64,000 bases of DNA, taken from assembly GCA_964016885.1 (NCBI GenBank), contig CAXHJY010000935.1:1-64000 (forward strand). The letters run 5' to 3'. Every line of letters starts with the position of its first letter. Within the stretch, counting starts at the first letter, position 1. Origin of the DNA: Eledone cirrhosa. Its lineage: Eukaryota. The notes under the pieces are model-generated. The model was not told the origin of the DNA, ran no database searches, and saw only the letters and a list, made by a program, of their open reading frames with translations. Shown here piece after piece: positions 38,641 to 51,790 of the stretch. Both the position numbers and the translations under genes were made by a program.

Positions 38641-39123
38641 CATACATACATACATACAAGTACAATCCATTCATGGAACAGTAAAAATATATAAGACATT
38701 CCAAAAATGTTGCATCTAATAACTGCATATACACATATATACACATGCACACATACAACTCAAAACATACACATCCACACAAACAATAACATCCATATCT
38801 ACACATGCATACATACATACATATCTACCTAGTTGATGTTGTGTAAATTCCAATGAGAGAGTCTTGTGTCTATGTTAGAAACCGACTCTCTCTCTATTGG
38901 CAAAAATTTGTGAAATTATAGAACCAGAATAACATACATACATACAAATGTGCCAGTGTGTGTGTGAAAAATAAGCGTTGTATCTTCTTATATGGCAGTC
39001 TTAACGCAATTAAAGAACATCTCGCTTATACGAGTACATCTTACTATTTGACCGAAATTTGGTAAACTGGTACAGGCTGACATTTAGGAATGTAGAACGA
39101 TTATTATCCTTCTATAGGAATTC

Positions 39124-39188
39124 TTCAGTCAGTCGCTGCTGTCATTCTATGGAGAAACACTGTCTTTGATAAACATCACAGTTAAAAA
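39124..39188 (+). promoter_or_regulatory. Candidate transcription start and non-coding first exon of FAXC-like copy 2
   Basis: Initiator-like TCAGTCAGTC and a strong donor A|GTAAGT at 39189. The acceptor at 42793 requires an upstream exon. No transcript evidence. Confidence 0.3.
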
Positions 39189-39898
39189 GTAAGTTAATTT
39201 AAATACATTATCCTTTTACGAAAAATAACTTGATCGATATGTTTTCAGTGTCCTAATAATCGTTATTATAATATTAATATTGAAATAACAATTCTTTATC
39301 TTTTCTCTCTTTTTAAAAATAAAGTTCGTCTTTATTTCTACTTAAATAATTGTATAAATTTACAGTAGAATAACATTGCAAATATGTTTTAAATATATAC
39401 ATAAATAATATTACAAATGCGTTTTTTTTTAAAAAGCTTATTGTAAAGTTTGGAAAGCTGCTATGACCAGGCTAGTGTTGTTGATTTTTTAAAAGTATTG
39501 TTAGAGTTAGTATCATTCCTTGTTTGAGATAAGAGGGTGCAAGTTAAGGGGAATTTGGCTGCTATTTCCAGGTGCTTGAGCGTTTGAACGCTCATTGACT
39601 GAATGCAGGGGCCTTGTTTCAGTGGGATACCACTTTTTCAAACATCTATATTTTATTTTTTGTTTATTTGATATAATAAATTATTTTTAAGCTTATTTTT
39701 TTATATCTGAACTTCATTTGAATATATAAAATTTAATTAGCGTAAAATTTTACTTAGGTGATAGGGTCCAGGGAAGCACCATAAGCAATTTATGCTCCTT
39801 TAAGAATCAACAAATGTTGGTTTGTCCCCCTCACATTTTTAAGGCAAACGAGGCCCCTGACTGAATGTATATATAAAAATGAAAGTTTTATTCTAAAT

Positions 39899-42358
39899 CA
39901 GTGGTTCCTAAAATTATTTTATCGCGGAACACTTTCAAAAGAAATCATTAAATCCATACCTATGTTTTATAGACGATCGCTTCTGCCCTAATTTGAATAA
40001 ATTGTTTATTTACAGAACATTTCGTAATATGATTCAATATACAATCCCAATTACACACACGCACACACTGGAATCGATAGATCATCAGAATCGGGCGCAA
40101 TCGATACTAATTGTACCTTGAGTTGATCGATCAGGAAACACGCGTCACGCATGAATAAACATAATGATAATATTTTGACACCTTGTTCCTACTGCTTAGA
40201 TGTGAGCAGCCTTTCAACAGCACTTTGCTCAATTGTTCGAAAAGAGTGGCAGAACGAATCATTAGATGGACTTCAGTACCTACCTCGATGGCTTGCCACG
40301 GCCAATGACGATGGAAGCGGAGTCCTGTGAAAGGCCGATAATAGCTGCTGAAATATGGGATACAATAACTAACTGCACAAGAGGTAAATCACCTGGTTTG
40401 GATGGTCTGCCCTACAAGCTTTACGTTCACATGCAACTGGTAGCAGAACGGGAAAAATCTCAGTTCTGTCAGCTAAGGAGTGGTAGCGCTGCTGAGAAAG
40501 GATCCAAACAAGGGGGACTACATAGAAAATTCCAGGCCCATAACTCTACTCTGCTATACACAGATTTCAAAATGTTGGTCAAAGTGTTAGCGACGAGGTT
40601 GGCGCTTGTCATTGGGAGTCTGATGGGAGAAGACCCGCGCCATTCCAGACAAATCCATCCACGACAACCTCCACCTCATGCGATACATCATAGAGAGGGT
40701 AGCTAAGGAACCTGGCACGAGTGGGGTCCTGATTAATTTGGATCAGTCGAAAGCATTTGATTGGCGGTCGTTTTCAGAAGTTGGATCGTTGCAATGCACA
40801 GAGATATCGGCTCTGTGGTGAGAGTGAACCTTTTAACATCATGCGCTCGGATCACCAAGGTTGTCCTCTTTCATTCCTGTTGTATGTATTGACTCTAGAA
40901 CCATTATTGCACAAACTGGAGATGTTGAGGGGCATGCCGCGGGACCTAGGATGCGGAAGGACCATGTCAGCTTAAGCCGACGACGTCACCGTAGTGGTGT
41001 CGAGCGCCAAACACATCGAAGCGATCGGCACTGCTCTGAGAAAATACGAGGCGATAACAGGAGAAAAATTTAACCAGGAACAATGGGTGGACCTGCGGCT
41101 GGGCACCTGGAGAAACAGGTGCATGCCGTCCAACAGCGTCGTCGGCTACTGAACAAACGGGCAGGTTAAATTGCTAGGGGTCTGGTTCGGTCCGGACCTC
41201 CAGATGGACAAAAACTGGGACGAGGTGACGAGCAGGGTGGCCTCTCTCACCCAAAAATGGGCCGAGAGGAAGCTATCTCTGAAAGGTCAAGCGGAGGTAG
41301 CGAACATGTACATCGCGTCCGTCATCTACTACCACCTGACCGTCGTGCCTTGTCCTAAGCCTCGCCTGACAGCGCTGGAGCGTTTGCTCTTTCGCTTTTT
41401 GCGAAAAGGACGCGCTCCAATGGTCAGGTGGTTCATCTGCTGTCAACGCCCGCTATGTGGAGGACTGGGCATGCCGTGGCTGATGATGCGCAGACATGCG
41501 CCCAGGCTACGGCATCTTCACTTCTTTCTCGGCGGTGAACAGGTATGGTCGCCGTTTGCTAGACACGTTTTTCCCCAGCTCGTCTCCTTGACGGAATTGC
41601 CGTCCTGGGTCAAGCGAAGACCGAGAGGAAGCGCTTAGGGCTGGAATGTCCTCAGGCGCTCACAGCTTTCGACCAGTCGGGCGATGCGATCGGTGGAAAC
41701 TCCACCTTGGCGTTCTATATAGGGTTAATGGCGGGAAAGAACGACGACGTCCTTGGGGAGTCTCTGGGCGTCGACGAAAATCAACTAGCCAATCTCTTCG
41801 AGAGAACTTTAGGGTCGGGGCTATGGACAACTTCCAGAAATCCCTGGCCTGGCAGTGCTACCAGGAAGCTTTGCCAGTTCGGGATAAACTCTACAAGCAT
41901 GGAAGTGCCGTCAGCTGGACCTGCGCGCAGGGCAACGAAACCGTCCTGCATGCACTCGCCCAGTGTCCGAGCATTTCTGACTTGTGGGTTTATGTCGAAC
42001 ACCTGCTGTCGCGTATAGGACAGATCAACTATCAGCTGAGTCCTTCGGGAGGATTTCCCCGGCGCCTTTCTTTAGCCGGGAAGGGCAGGCAGTTTTTATC
42101 TGCCTGGTGGCCATGGCGAAAGTAGTCGTGTGATGGATGCGTTTGAAAGGACTGAAGACGAGCACTTACCTCTTCGGTGATACCCTGATTAACTTTTTCA
42201 AATTCCATTTGAAAAGGAAAATCATGATGGAGAGGGAAGTGCTCCCTTCCCAGCAATTTGTTGAAAGATGTGTTTATAATCTTTATTAAATTTCATTTAA
42301 AAAACACCTTATCTCGCGAAACTATGGGATCCCTCGGAACCTAGTTTAGGAAACATCC
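39899..42358. mobile_element. hAT-like MITE interrupted by an L1/Tx1 fragment
   Basis: CAGTGGTTCCTAAA..CGCGGAAC at the left end and CGGAACCTAGTTTAGGAAACA at the right end; TSD not clear. Confidence 0.5.
40190..42270 (+). mobile_element. L1/Tx1-clade LINE fragment (RT and C-terminal zinc motif), pseudogene
   Basis: RGKSPGLDGLPYKLY, TDFKMLVKVLATRL, QGCPLSFLLYVLTLEPLL, *ADDV, LGVWFG, RKLSLKG, GGLGMP, ETVLHALAQCP. Confidence 0.88.
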
Positions 42359-42386
42359 TCATAACATTTACTTAAACCGTGTATAT

Positions 42387-42572
42387 AATTGTTTCTACAT
42401 TTGACATAAGGCCCGCAATTACCCCAGTCCATTACTGGTACTTTGTGTTACCGACCCTGTAAGGATGAAAGGCAAAGTTAACCTCGGCGGGATTTGAACT
42501 CAGATCGTAAAGGGCCATAACTCTATACTGTAAAGCATGGCGTCCGACCCTCTACCGATACTGCCAATCCAC
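42387..42572 (-). mobile_element. tRNA-derived SINE
   Basis: Full-length match to the dominant family. Confidence 0.85.
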
Positions 42573-42840
42573 AGAGTATGTAGGGTACAATTTTTATTTC
42601 ATTTTCTGTTTTTCTCTTATCGTTATTATCATTAATCGAACTTTATTCATCACTTAAACTAGATATAGAACTATTTGTTTTCATTGATTACACACTACTA
42701 CACAGTCAACTGAAATATCTTCATATTTTTTTCTATTATATCTTTCTCTATTGTAACTCCATGGTATTAATTCTAAACGTGTTTTGTTTTTAGAGAAGAA
42801 TTAAGGCGTTTTCAACATCATCATATCTAGATATTACACA

Positions 42841-42920
42841 ATGTCACAATGGACCATTCCTATAGGGGTTGGTATACTCACTGTTTCAGGGCTTCTTTTT
42901 GCTCTTTTCCGATGCAAAAG
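42841..42920 (+). CDS. FAXC: FAXC-like copy 2, coding exon 1
   Basis: Acceptor TTTTTAG at 42793, ACA-ATG, MSQWTIPIGVGILTVSGLLFALFRCK-R, donor AG|GTAAAT. Confidence 0.88.
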
Positions 42921-45031
42921 GTAAATCTTTAAATCATTTTAACCATTAAATTTGTTTTTGCTTTATAGTTGTCCTAAAAATGATTTTAACCAAATGAATG
43001 CAAAAGAAACAAACCTTATTTAGTAAGAAAAAAAAAGGGAGGGGAGGGGGGGCATAAGGAAAGAAAGAATAGGGAAATATAGAAAAGAAAAAAAAAGAGA
43101 GTAAGAAAGAAAAAAAGGAATGGGAAAGGGAGGAGATGGCAAGAGCTCTGGTGTCGCAGAAGAGAGGGTGGGAGGGTGATAGGGCTTTGGGCCTAGGGCA
43201 AGGGGGCAGGAGTGCTGCGCCCCGCTGACAAGACAGCAAAGGCATTACCCCGGACGATGGCCAGTAACACCCGCTGCAACAGCCACCCAACCTCGCGGGG
43301 CTCCCTCCTCAGATGGGCCACCGACGCTCCGATCTTGCAGAGGAGCTCTCTTTTATGAGTCTATATTTGTGTTTATCAATGTCACGATCTGAGTTCAAAT
43401 CCCGCCGAAGTTGACTTTGCCTTTCATCCTTACGGGGTCGATAAAATAAAGTACCAGTAATGCACTGGGTAATTGCTGGCCTTGTGCCTAAAGTAGAAAC
43501 AATTATATTTGTAATATTCTTCTGAACGAATTACGAGCAATTTATGTTATTCACGCATTTGTAAAACATTAAAAACTCAAGGTTAATCAGCTGTAATGTG
43601 AAAGTTCAAATTACAAGATGTGTCCTGTCTGTGTCCTAGTTTAATTGACAGGAGTGATAATACTGACATATTTTAATACTAGAGTATAATTTTTTTTTTG
43701 TTGTTACATACAGAATAAATAATTTATTAATAATAAAAATCAAAAAAATCATTAAAAAATCGATTTCTAATAACAACACTACAGATATTTAAAAATGGAA
43801 AATGAAGGGAGAAGCAAGGGCTCTGGGGTCACAGAAGAATGGGAGGGTGGTGGGGAGGGTGATGGGCTCTATGTCTAGGGCGCGGCAGTGTTGGTGCTGC
43901 GCCCTGCCAACGTCATCCTTTTCACAACCAAGAATCTCTTTTACTCAAACGAATCTTCTTACGGAGGCAGTCTCAGACACAATTACACCCCTCCTAGATT
44001 GTTATGGATTGAGAATAACAATCAATAGAACTAAATGCCTATACTTAGAGAAGAATGGTAAAATATCTATATTATGTATTTAAGAAAGAACTTGTAATTG
44101 TTATATGGTAGGAATAACAATGAAAAAGAGAAATATTTATACTTAGAGATGAAGGAATGATGCCTAATAGCGTGTGTCGATAATGCGTTTAACAAATAAA
44201 AGGGTAAATTTTTATTAGTACTCCTGTCTCGGGTTAGGGTACAACATTTTTTCCTCTCCTTTTTTGAGGGGTATGTTTTCCACGAATCTGACCTCCAAAC
44301 CCTTCGAAAATGTCTTGTTTTTCAAATATAGGAGGGGGAAGGAGAGAGCGAACTTCGGAGTTTCAAACCTTTAGGGGATTTCCTTACAATTACGTCTGTC
44401 TCGCGGTTGTTAGCTAAGTGGACTGAAATAAAGTGCCATTGCACAAGGACACAATGCGTTGTCAGGGCTCGAACTTATAGAGTACGATCGTGAATCGAAC
44501 ACCTTAACCACAAAGGCATGGACGTTTGTGGTTCGAGATATATAATATATCAAAATAAGATTGGGTGATCACTACTGGAACAGCCTTTCGTCATAGGTCT
44601 ACTGGTTCAAGTTTGAGCGGGGCTAATCAACTACAAGGTATTTAAGACGAGTTAATGAAGAGGAGCCTCTTCACGCTCGCTCGACCTGCTAGAAATAACA
44701 GCTAAATTCCTCTCAATCCACACCTTGGCAATGTTTCGAAATAAGCCCCCCCCCCCCCCCCCCGAAATTATGATTTTAAATTTTTGCAACCCTCTCTCTC
44801 AGTAACTTTTGAATGTTGGCGTTTGTGTGACACAGTGCCGGATTTAGGACAAATGTGAACCTATGCTAGTTAAGTTATGAAGCCCCTTACATTTGAAAAA
44901 TTCATCGTAAAATTTGGGTGGATGGGTGGGGGCAGGAAGATGGGCTTCCCTGGCCAACAGGCCCTTGTGCTTAAGCACACCTAAACACAATAGTGAATTA
45001 GGCACTGGTGCGGGAATATTATACTTTAAAC

Positions 45032-45347
45032 CAGAGGCGTGCAACAGGTGGCCCGCGAGCCACAATCCGGCCCGCCCGCCAGACAGTGGCCCGCAATGAC
45101 CGTTTTTAATTTTTACCTTGTAGACTTATTAAACATTTTTTTCGTAACCGTAATACAATTTTCTGTTAGCTAACCTACACTAAAGGGCTTCACTGATAGG
45201 GTTATGTGTGTTATAATTTCCCAGTTCCATGTTATGGAAAGACGTTGTGGTGAATCTTTGGAACAGTGCTTTACAAATATTAATGGCCCTAATAGTTGTC
45301 CCAATGTTCAAAAGTGGCTCGCTAATGGAATATGTTGCACACCCCTG
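45032..45347. mobile_element. hAT (Charlie-like) MITE
   Basis: TIRs CAGAGGCGTGCAAC / GTTGCACACCCCTG, perfect 8-bp TSD CTTTAAAC, GGCCCGC subterminal repeats. Confidence 0.88.
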
Positions 45348-46341
45348 CTTTAAACAGATGTGATAACGATTTTGCAAGAAAAATTTTTTTTTCGAAACTT
45401 CAAACCAGACACAGCCTGCCGTCACTTTAGACTGTGGAACCCTTGCAGCTTTAACACTTTTTGCTAATTAAATTTCTCATGCCAGGATTTTTTTTTTTTT
45501 TTTTTTCGAAGTATCGTAACCTACTATGCTTGCTAAAAAATAAAAAAAAGCCAAACTGAAAAAGTTACACAAAATGTTTTTAAAAGTGAATTTTATTTTA
45601 TAGTTTCCTTATTTCCTATGTTTAAAATATAGAAATCAGAAGAATTGTTTGAAAAAATAAATGTTATGAGAGATGCTGCTTATTCCAAAATCCATCTCCT
45701 ACCGTCTTAAAAAACAAAAAAAAAGCAAAAAAGCACATTAGATAATGTAGTCCAGGCAGGATACACTGTGTCTGGAAAACAAAAATGGAATACCTTTTGA
45801 TTTGAGGTGTGTTTCAGCAGAACTGACTTTGGACAGTAACAGTATAGTCAGTTGGGAAGTATTTGGTGATTGGGGGGGGCATTTTGAACCTATTTAATCA
45901 ACTTTACCAATCTACCTAATTTGAGACTTTGTGCATGTTAAACATTAATATTTTGCTGACAAATTTTAGTGAGGGTAGTGGATTGACAGGATTGCTAGAG
46001 GTGTCGGATAAAGTGCCTGGCTCTTAACATTCTCAGTTCAAATCCTACTGAGATCAACTTTACCTTTCATCCTTCTGGAGTTGCTAAAATATAGAACCAG
46101 TCAAGTAGTGGAGTTGATTTAATTAACTTTGCCCTTCCCCAAATTTGCTGGCCGTGTGCTTAAATTAGAAATCAATATTTTTTGACAACTAATTGTAGCA
46201 CAATATTAGAGTGTCATTAAGTGTCTACATTCTTTACTTTTGTGTTCTATTTTCTAAGTTCTAATTTCATTAGAGTCAGTTTTACTGTTCCTTCACTCAG
46301 AGCCCATTCATATTTTAATGACTGTTTTCAATTATTTAAAG

Positions 46342-46468
46342 GAAGAAAATTTATCCTGAAAATATGATCATACTTCATTTGTTACCAAGGATGCCAGAAG
46401 CTCCAAATATTTCTCCTTTTGCTATAAAACTGGAGACTTACCTCCGGATGGCCAAGTTACCTTATCAG
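46342..46468 (+). CDS. FAXC: FAXC-like copy 2, coding exon 2
   Basis: KKIYPENMIILHLLPRMPEAPNISPFAIKLETYLRMAKLPYQ; AG/GT sites; 127 nt as in copy 1. Confidence 0.94.
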
Positions 46469-46649
46469 GTGAGATTTCATTAAATATGTGTTCCATCTAA
46501 GTTATGGTCCTCTGTTCTCATTTCATGATAAATCAAGACCATTCTATGCAGAGCTTGTCTATAATAGTATTCAGAACAGTAGACTGCTGCCTTTGTGTAT
46601 CTGTAAAGCTTGAGATGCTTAGATTCTCTGATCTTTAAAAAAAAAATAA

Positions 46650-47685
46650 TGAAAATAAGATAATGAAATTATTGTGTAGAGTGCTCAGGTGCACTACAAC
46701 TCGTCAAAGGTGCATGTATAATACATAGAATAATGTAGAAATGTCAGGAAAGTGAACAGTGTATGAGTCATCATATACATGTGTGCGTGAGTATGGAGGG
46801 GGGATTTCAGGTGTAGTGTTGGCAAATTTCAGGAAGCGTGGAAGTTTTAAAGGGTGCAGTGTCTCAGCAGCTAACAACTGATGCAAGTAGTTTGTTCCAT
46901 GCTTCAGCAACTCTGAGCATGAAAAAATGTTTCCAAAAGTCATGGGAGCTGTGCTGTTTTCTGATGGTGTGGGCATGCCCATATGTGTTAGACACATGGA
47001 ATTCAAAAAGGTGCTCTGGGTTGTTATTGGCAAGATGTTTAATAATTTTGTGGGTGTTTAACAAGTCAGTTGCCAGATGTCGGAGCTTCAATGTATCCAT
47101 GCCCAGGGAAGCAAGGTGTTCAGAGTGTGGTAGATGCCTGATGGAGGGTATTTGCTTGGTTCCACATCTCTGAACAGTTTCCAGGAGGTCAATGTTCTGA
47201 GCAAGATAGGGGTTCCTGACTAGTGATGCAAATTCGAAGTGTGGCCACACCATAGCTATATACAGTTTTAAAAAGATAGCTGGAGAGCAGCTGACAAAGT
47301 TCTTGCTGAGTGATGCTAAAACACCATCGGCCTTTTTGACAACTTTAGAGACGTGCTTTGTCCAATGCAAATCGCTGCTGACAGTAATACCCAGGTCACA
47401 TTCACAAGAAGACTTCTTGATATTAGTGTTGTGGGGGGAGAGTATGTGGATGCTGGGTTTTCCTCCCAAAATGCATGGTGGTACACTTGTTCACAGCCAG
47501 CTTGAGTTGCCAGTCCATGATCCATTGCTGCATTGTATTCAGGTCTGATTGCAGGAAAGATCTATAGTGTTCAGGATCTGTCCTTTTAATCTCAAGGTAC
47601 AGCTTGATGTCAACTGCATATTTCTGTACTGTGGCATTCTTTAAGTTGGCATCTGTGTCATTTATATATGCAACAAACAAAAGGG
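46650..47685 (-). mobile_element. CR1-like LINE 3' fragment
   Basis: FVAYIND...KYAVDIKLY...LQSDLN...WQLKLAVNKC; DLGITVSSDL.W..H; LKLYIAMVWPHFEFAS; LETVQR; FFMLRVAEAWNKL. Confidence 0.85.
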
Positions 47686-47730
47686 GATGAAGAACATATA
47701 GCTATGTACTTACTCTGTTGCTTCTGCTTT

Positions 47731-47959
47731 TTAACCCTTTAGTATTTACATTACTTTATATTTACTATTGTATTTTCAAGGTAAAGGCTTTACCTCACAT
47801 AACTATCTCACATAATATCGAATCTACGAGATTTTGATGTTATTTATTTTGAAAACAATACCTTAACATCTGCATGAGTGGTTGGTTACAGCTGGTTTGA
47901 ACAGAAAGAGGTGAGAGAATTCTGGCCGGATATAACCGGTTTAAATGCTAAAGGGTTAA
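47731..47959. mobile_element. piggyBac-like MITE, complete
   Basis: TTAA-CCCTTTAGTATTTA ... TAAATGCTAAAGGG-TTAA. Confidence 0.85.
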
Positions 47960-49260
47960 GAAGTACAGTCTTCAAAAGATCCATAACTGAAAGAGAAATC
48001 TGCCATTATTGAATTCGATAGACAACCATAAGCATGCATGTAGAATAGCAGATATATTAGTAGTTCTTGACTAAAACTTTATTGAGGGTAAGAAGATTGA
48101 TGACTACTGCAATATTTTCTGAAAATGTATCCTGGTTTTTTGGATGAATATTTGCCAATGCTCTATTTGTGTATGGTTTCTATGAGAGATTGTTTTTAAT
48201 GAACCTATTTCTGAATACTTACAAATATTTAAGTGTTGTGCTTGTTTTGCAAATGATATGATATGAGACTGTGTTGAAACTGAAGCAATTAAAAAATGCA
48301 AAACCTGTTACATTCACTATCAAAAATATTTGTTGCACTTTCTGTGATCTAGCACATTTGTTGCACTTTGTGAGACAATTCTACTAACCAGGTTGCAGAT
48401 CGTAAAAGGAAAGTTTTAGACACCATGAAATAAATGAAAAGTGAATAGAACAGATTTTGTATGTTTTTATTTTTAAATTCCTAAAATGGCTCTTTCATCA
48501 TGTAATTGCAACAAATATTTAAATTTTCAGATATTTTATCATGGTTTGTTCCCTTCAGAAACCTCTTTGGGGTCTTGGGATATGTAATCTTTGTGCATCC
48601 ATTCCACACCTTCCTGGACAGGTTGCAGGCTCATCAACAGTTTTTACGGCATGAAATGGAAACTGTAATATATTGTTTTAACAAGCCCCTGCTAAAGTCT
48701 GAACATGTCCCTTGTTAATCCATGTGAAGGACAATGCAGTATAATTCTGTTTCTTACCTCTCACCATATTGCAGTTTTGGTGGTCCTATTCATGACAGTC
48801 ACCAATCTGATACTTCCTCAAACCTGTGAAGACTAAGTTTTTTTAGAGGTGGGCTTTACCTACCTCATCATATCTACAACACTGTTTTGTGGGAGGTACA
48901 GGAGTTTTCCTGAGACATTCTAACCACATGCCCAAAGTATTGGTGCCAAATTGAGAGATCACAGCTCTGATACTATGGGCATGTGGTTAGAGTATCCCAG
49001 GAAAGAATTACTGGATATATTTTACAGGCAAAACCAACTGGTAGCAAACCCAGGAGATAGGCCATGAGCAAGATGGTTGGATAACATCCATGAGCTCAGC
49101 CAGATCAGTTGGAAACAGTTGTTTCTGACAGGAGCTGCTGGAAGGAGTGTTTGAGGACTCTGCCTCCATGACCCTCTCAGGAATAAGTGAGGAAAGAAGA
49201 TATTTTGAATACATAGTTATATATGAAATTTAATGTCATATATATGTTATACATTTCCAG

Positions 49261-49457
49261 ATTGAATATACATATCAAATGTCACCAAAACATAAAATGC
49301 CATGGATTACTTACAATGGAGAAGTTGTCAGTGATTCCCAGTTTATTATTGAGTTTCTAAATAAGATATTTGAAGTTGATCTAAACAGTCATCTCACTGG
49401 TGTAGAACGAAGTATTGCTAGAGCTATGCAGAAAATGCTTGAAGAGAATTTATTTTG
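49261..49457 (+). CDS. FAXC: FAXC-like copy 2, coding exon 3
   Basis: IEYTYQMSPKHKMPWITYNGEVVSDSQFIIEFLNKIFEVDLNSHLTGVERSIARAMQKMLEENLFW; 197 nt with AG/GT sites. Confidence 0.95.
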
Positions 49458-50169
49458 GTAAATTAAAACTTTTTCAATGATTATTCTTTTTAAAAATTGT
49501 ATGATATCTGGCTATCAACATATCAATCATTTTTAAAAAATTTATTTTCTGGCTTAATCATGAGAGAATTTGATGATCCCTGGTGTAAATCTTGGCTCCC
49601 TGGCAGTTCTGACGACAAGTGTTCTAGTAGTTTGACCAATGGAACACCTTGTCAAAGCAATTAATGTGCAAGTGGCTGTGCATTCCACAGAGCTACAGTA
49701 TGATGTAAGATGTGACAAGGCTGGCTCTTTGAATCACAAATATGTCTTATTGTTTCCAGCTGAATGGACTGGTGGAATATGAAATAAAGGGTCTTGCTCA
49801 AGGACATGACACACAGCCAGTAATCAAGTTCATGTTTAAGAACATGAGCTGAACACCCCAATCATTAAGCCACACACTTTCCTCCTCCTCCCCCTCCTCC
49901 TCCTCCTCCTCCTCCTCCTCCTCATCTACCTTCTCCTCCTCCTCCTCCTTTTTGAGAGGGTCACAGGGAGAGAGTCCTTAGATACACCTTCAAGGGGATC
50001 ATATCGGAAACAACTATTACCAAATGATCCAGCTGGATCCCCAAGCGAGACCAACTGAAGATGCCCATGGTAACATACTGTGGCACCATGGAAATCTTCT
50101 ATTATAACCTTGAGTTGACCAATACCCTGAGAGTGAAATTTGGTACATGGACACTGCAGAAGTCCGTCA

Positions 50170-50360
50170 TGTGTGTGTGTCTGTGTCTGTGTGTCTGTGT
50201 CTGTGTGTCTGTGTCTGTGTGTCTGTGTCTGTGTGTCTGTGTCTGTGTGTCTGTGTCTGTGTGTCTGTGTCTGTGTGTCTGTGTCTGTGTGTCTGTGTCT
50301 GTGTGTCTGTGTCTGTGTGTCTGTGTCTGTGTGTCTGTGTCTGTGTGTCTGTGTCTGTGT
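50170..50360. repeat. (TGTC/TG)n compound microsatellite
   Basis: Visible directly. Confidence 0.9.
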
Positions 50361-50601
50361 TTATCTCCCATAACTTAACAGATTGATAAAATAATTGCTT
50401 GGCTTGAAAACATAGGTCCTGGGATTGATATGATCAACTGAAAACCCTTTAAACCAGTGCCCCAACATGGTCACTAAGAAATTCACATTTGCTGTCATGT
50501 TTACATGCCTACATATTAAATATGTGTATATTCATATACATATTCGTGCAGTCTCAGTTACCCAATTTGTTTGTACACAGATATAATTATATATATATGT
50601 A

Positions 50602-50701
<100 letters not shown>

Positions 50702-50907
50702 CCCATGCTAGCGTGGAAGATAGACGTTAAATGATGATGATGATGATGATGATATATATATATATGTTTATATGTTTATCCCAGGTTCAATGGGAGGTAA
50801 CCACAGTAAGTAAGGTATTCAATACATAGCAGAGTATAAATATTTAATATAGAAATGGCTTCTACAGGACTAGAACTGTTTCATTCGGGAGAAATCATCA
50901 AGAAAGC

Positions 50908-50957
50908 GCTTTCCTGATGATTTCTCCCGAATGAAACAGTTCTAGTCCTGTAGAAGC
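50908..50957 (+). ncRNA. Type I hammerhead ribozyme candidate in a fold-back cassette (50845-50970)
   Basis: Stem I GCUUUC/GAAGC, CUGAUGA 50914-50920, short stem II (UUC/GAA with a U.U at 10.1-11.1), GAAA 50933-50936, stem III ACAG/CUGU with 8-nt loop, GUA triplet ending at 50952. The inverted arm has UUGAUGA. Confidence 0.6.
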
Positions 50958-50961
50958 CATT

Positions 50962-50994
<33 letters not shown>

Positions 50995-51239
50995 AAGTAA
51001 ACAGAAATAACAAAGCAAACAACACACTACTATGAAGAAGTATATTAGTTTAACGCTTGAAATAATAGGAAAATAGTCTTAATGTTTCAGACACTAGTTC
51101 ATCATAAGAAGATAGAATAAAAAATAAAAGATGAAATAAAAAGAGAGAGAAAGAGACAGAATGAGAGAGTGAGAAAAGAAAGGAATGGAAAAAATTGGGA
51201 AAAAAACACATGTGCATATTCAGTCAGTCATTTTATATA

Positions 51240-51284
<45 letters not shown>

Positions 51285-51440
51285 TTGTTTACAAATTACC
51301 TGCAATATGTAGTACTGTCTATTTCATTTAATGATAAGCTGATGAAATTTACAATAGTACAAAAACTTTTTTTTTTATTGAAACAGGAATTAATTTAATT
51401 TTATTAATTTTTCCAACTTTTTCACCATTATTTCTTAAAG

Positions 51441-51640
51441 GTGTTTGGCACTCTGTCGGTTTATTTATTGCTATTCTGATCCTTCTCTTCGTAAATTACT
51501 TCCTGTTCCAAGAATTATCCTTTGGAGAATAAAAAGAGTGGTTCAGGAACAAGCTTATAACCAAGGTGTTGGTCGACATTCTCAATCAGAAGTGGAACAT
51601 ATTGCAATGGGAGATTTAAAGGCTCTCTCAGACTTTATTG
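51441..51640 (+). CDS. FAXC: FAXC-like copy 2, coding exon 4
   Basis: CLALCRFIYCYSDPSLRKLLPVPRIILWRIKRVVQEQAYNQGVGRHSQSEVEHIAMGDLKALSDFIG; AAG|G acceptor and G|GTAAGT donor. Confidence 0.94.
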
Positions 51641-51790
51641 GTAAGTAATTAGATAAATATATAATTAAGTTAGAACATTAGCAGACCTGTCAACTCTCCC
51701 CATCCAACGGGGTAGATCTCCCACCCACTTTGGGGTGGGTGAGAGATGTCTTCTCTTGTGAAAATGGGTATAGCTTTCATTATATAAAAG

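Noticed and set aside
44833-45007. Possible hAT MITE CAGTGCCGGATTTA...ATTAGGCACTG
   Set aside because: TIRs are imperfect and the flanks match at only 5 of 8 bases; too weak to list.
48906-49004. About 33-bp-stem hairpin resembling a pre-miRNA
   Set aside because: The arms are degenerate RTE coding sequence (YYGHVVR); best explained as a LINE inversion junction, and the loop is long.
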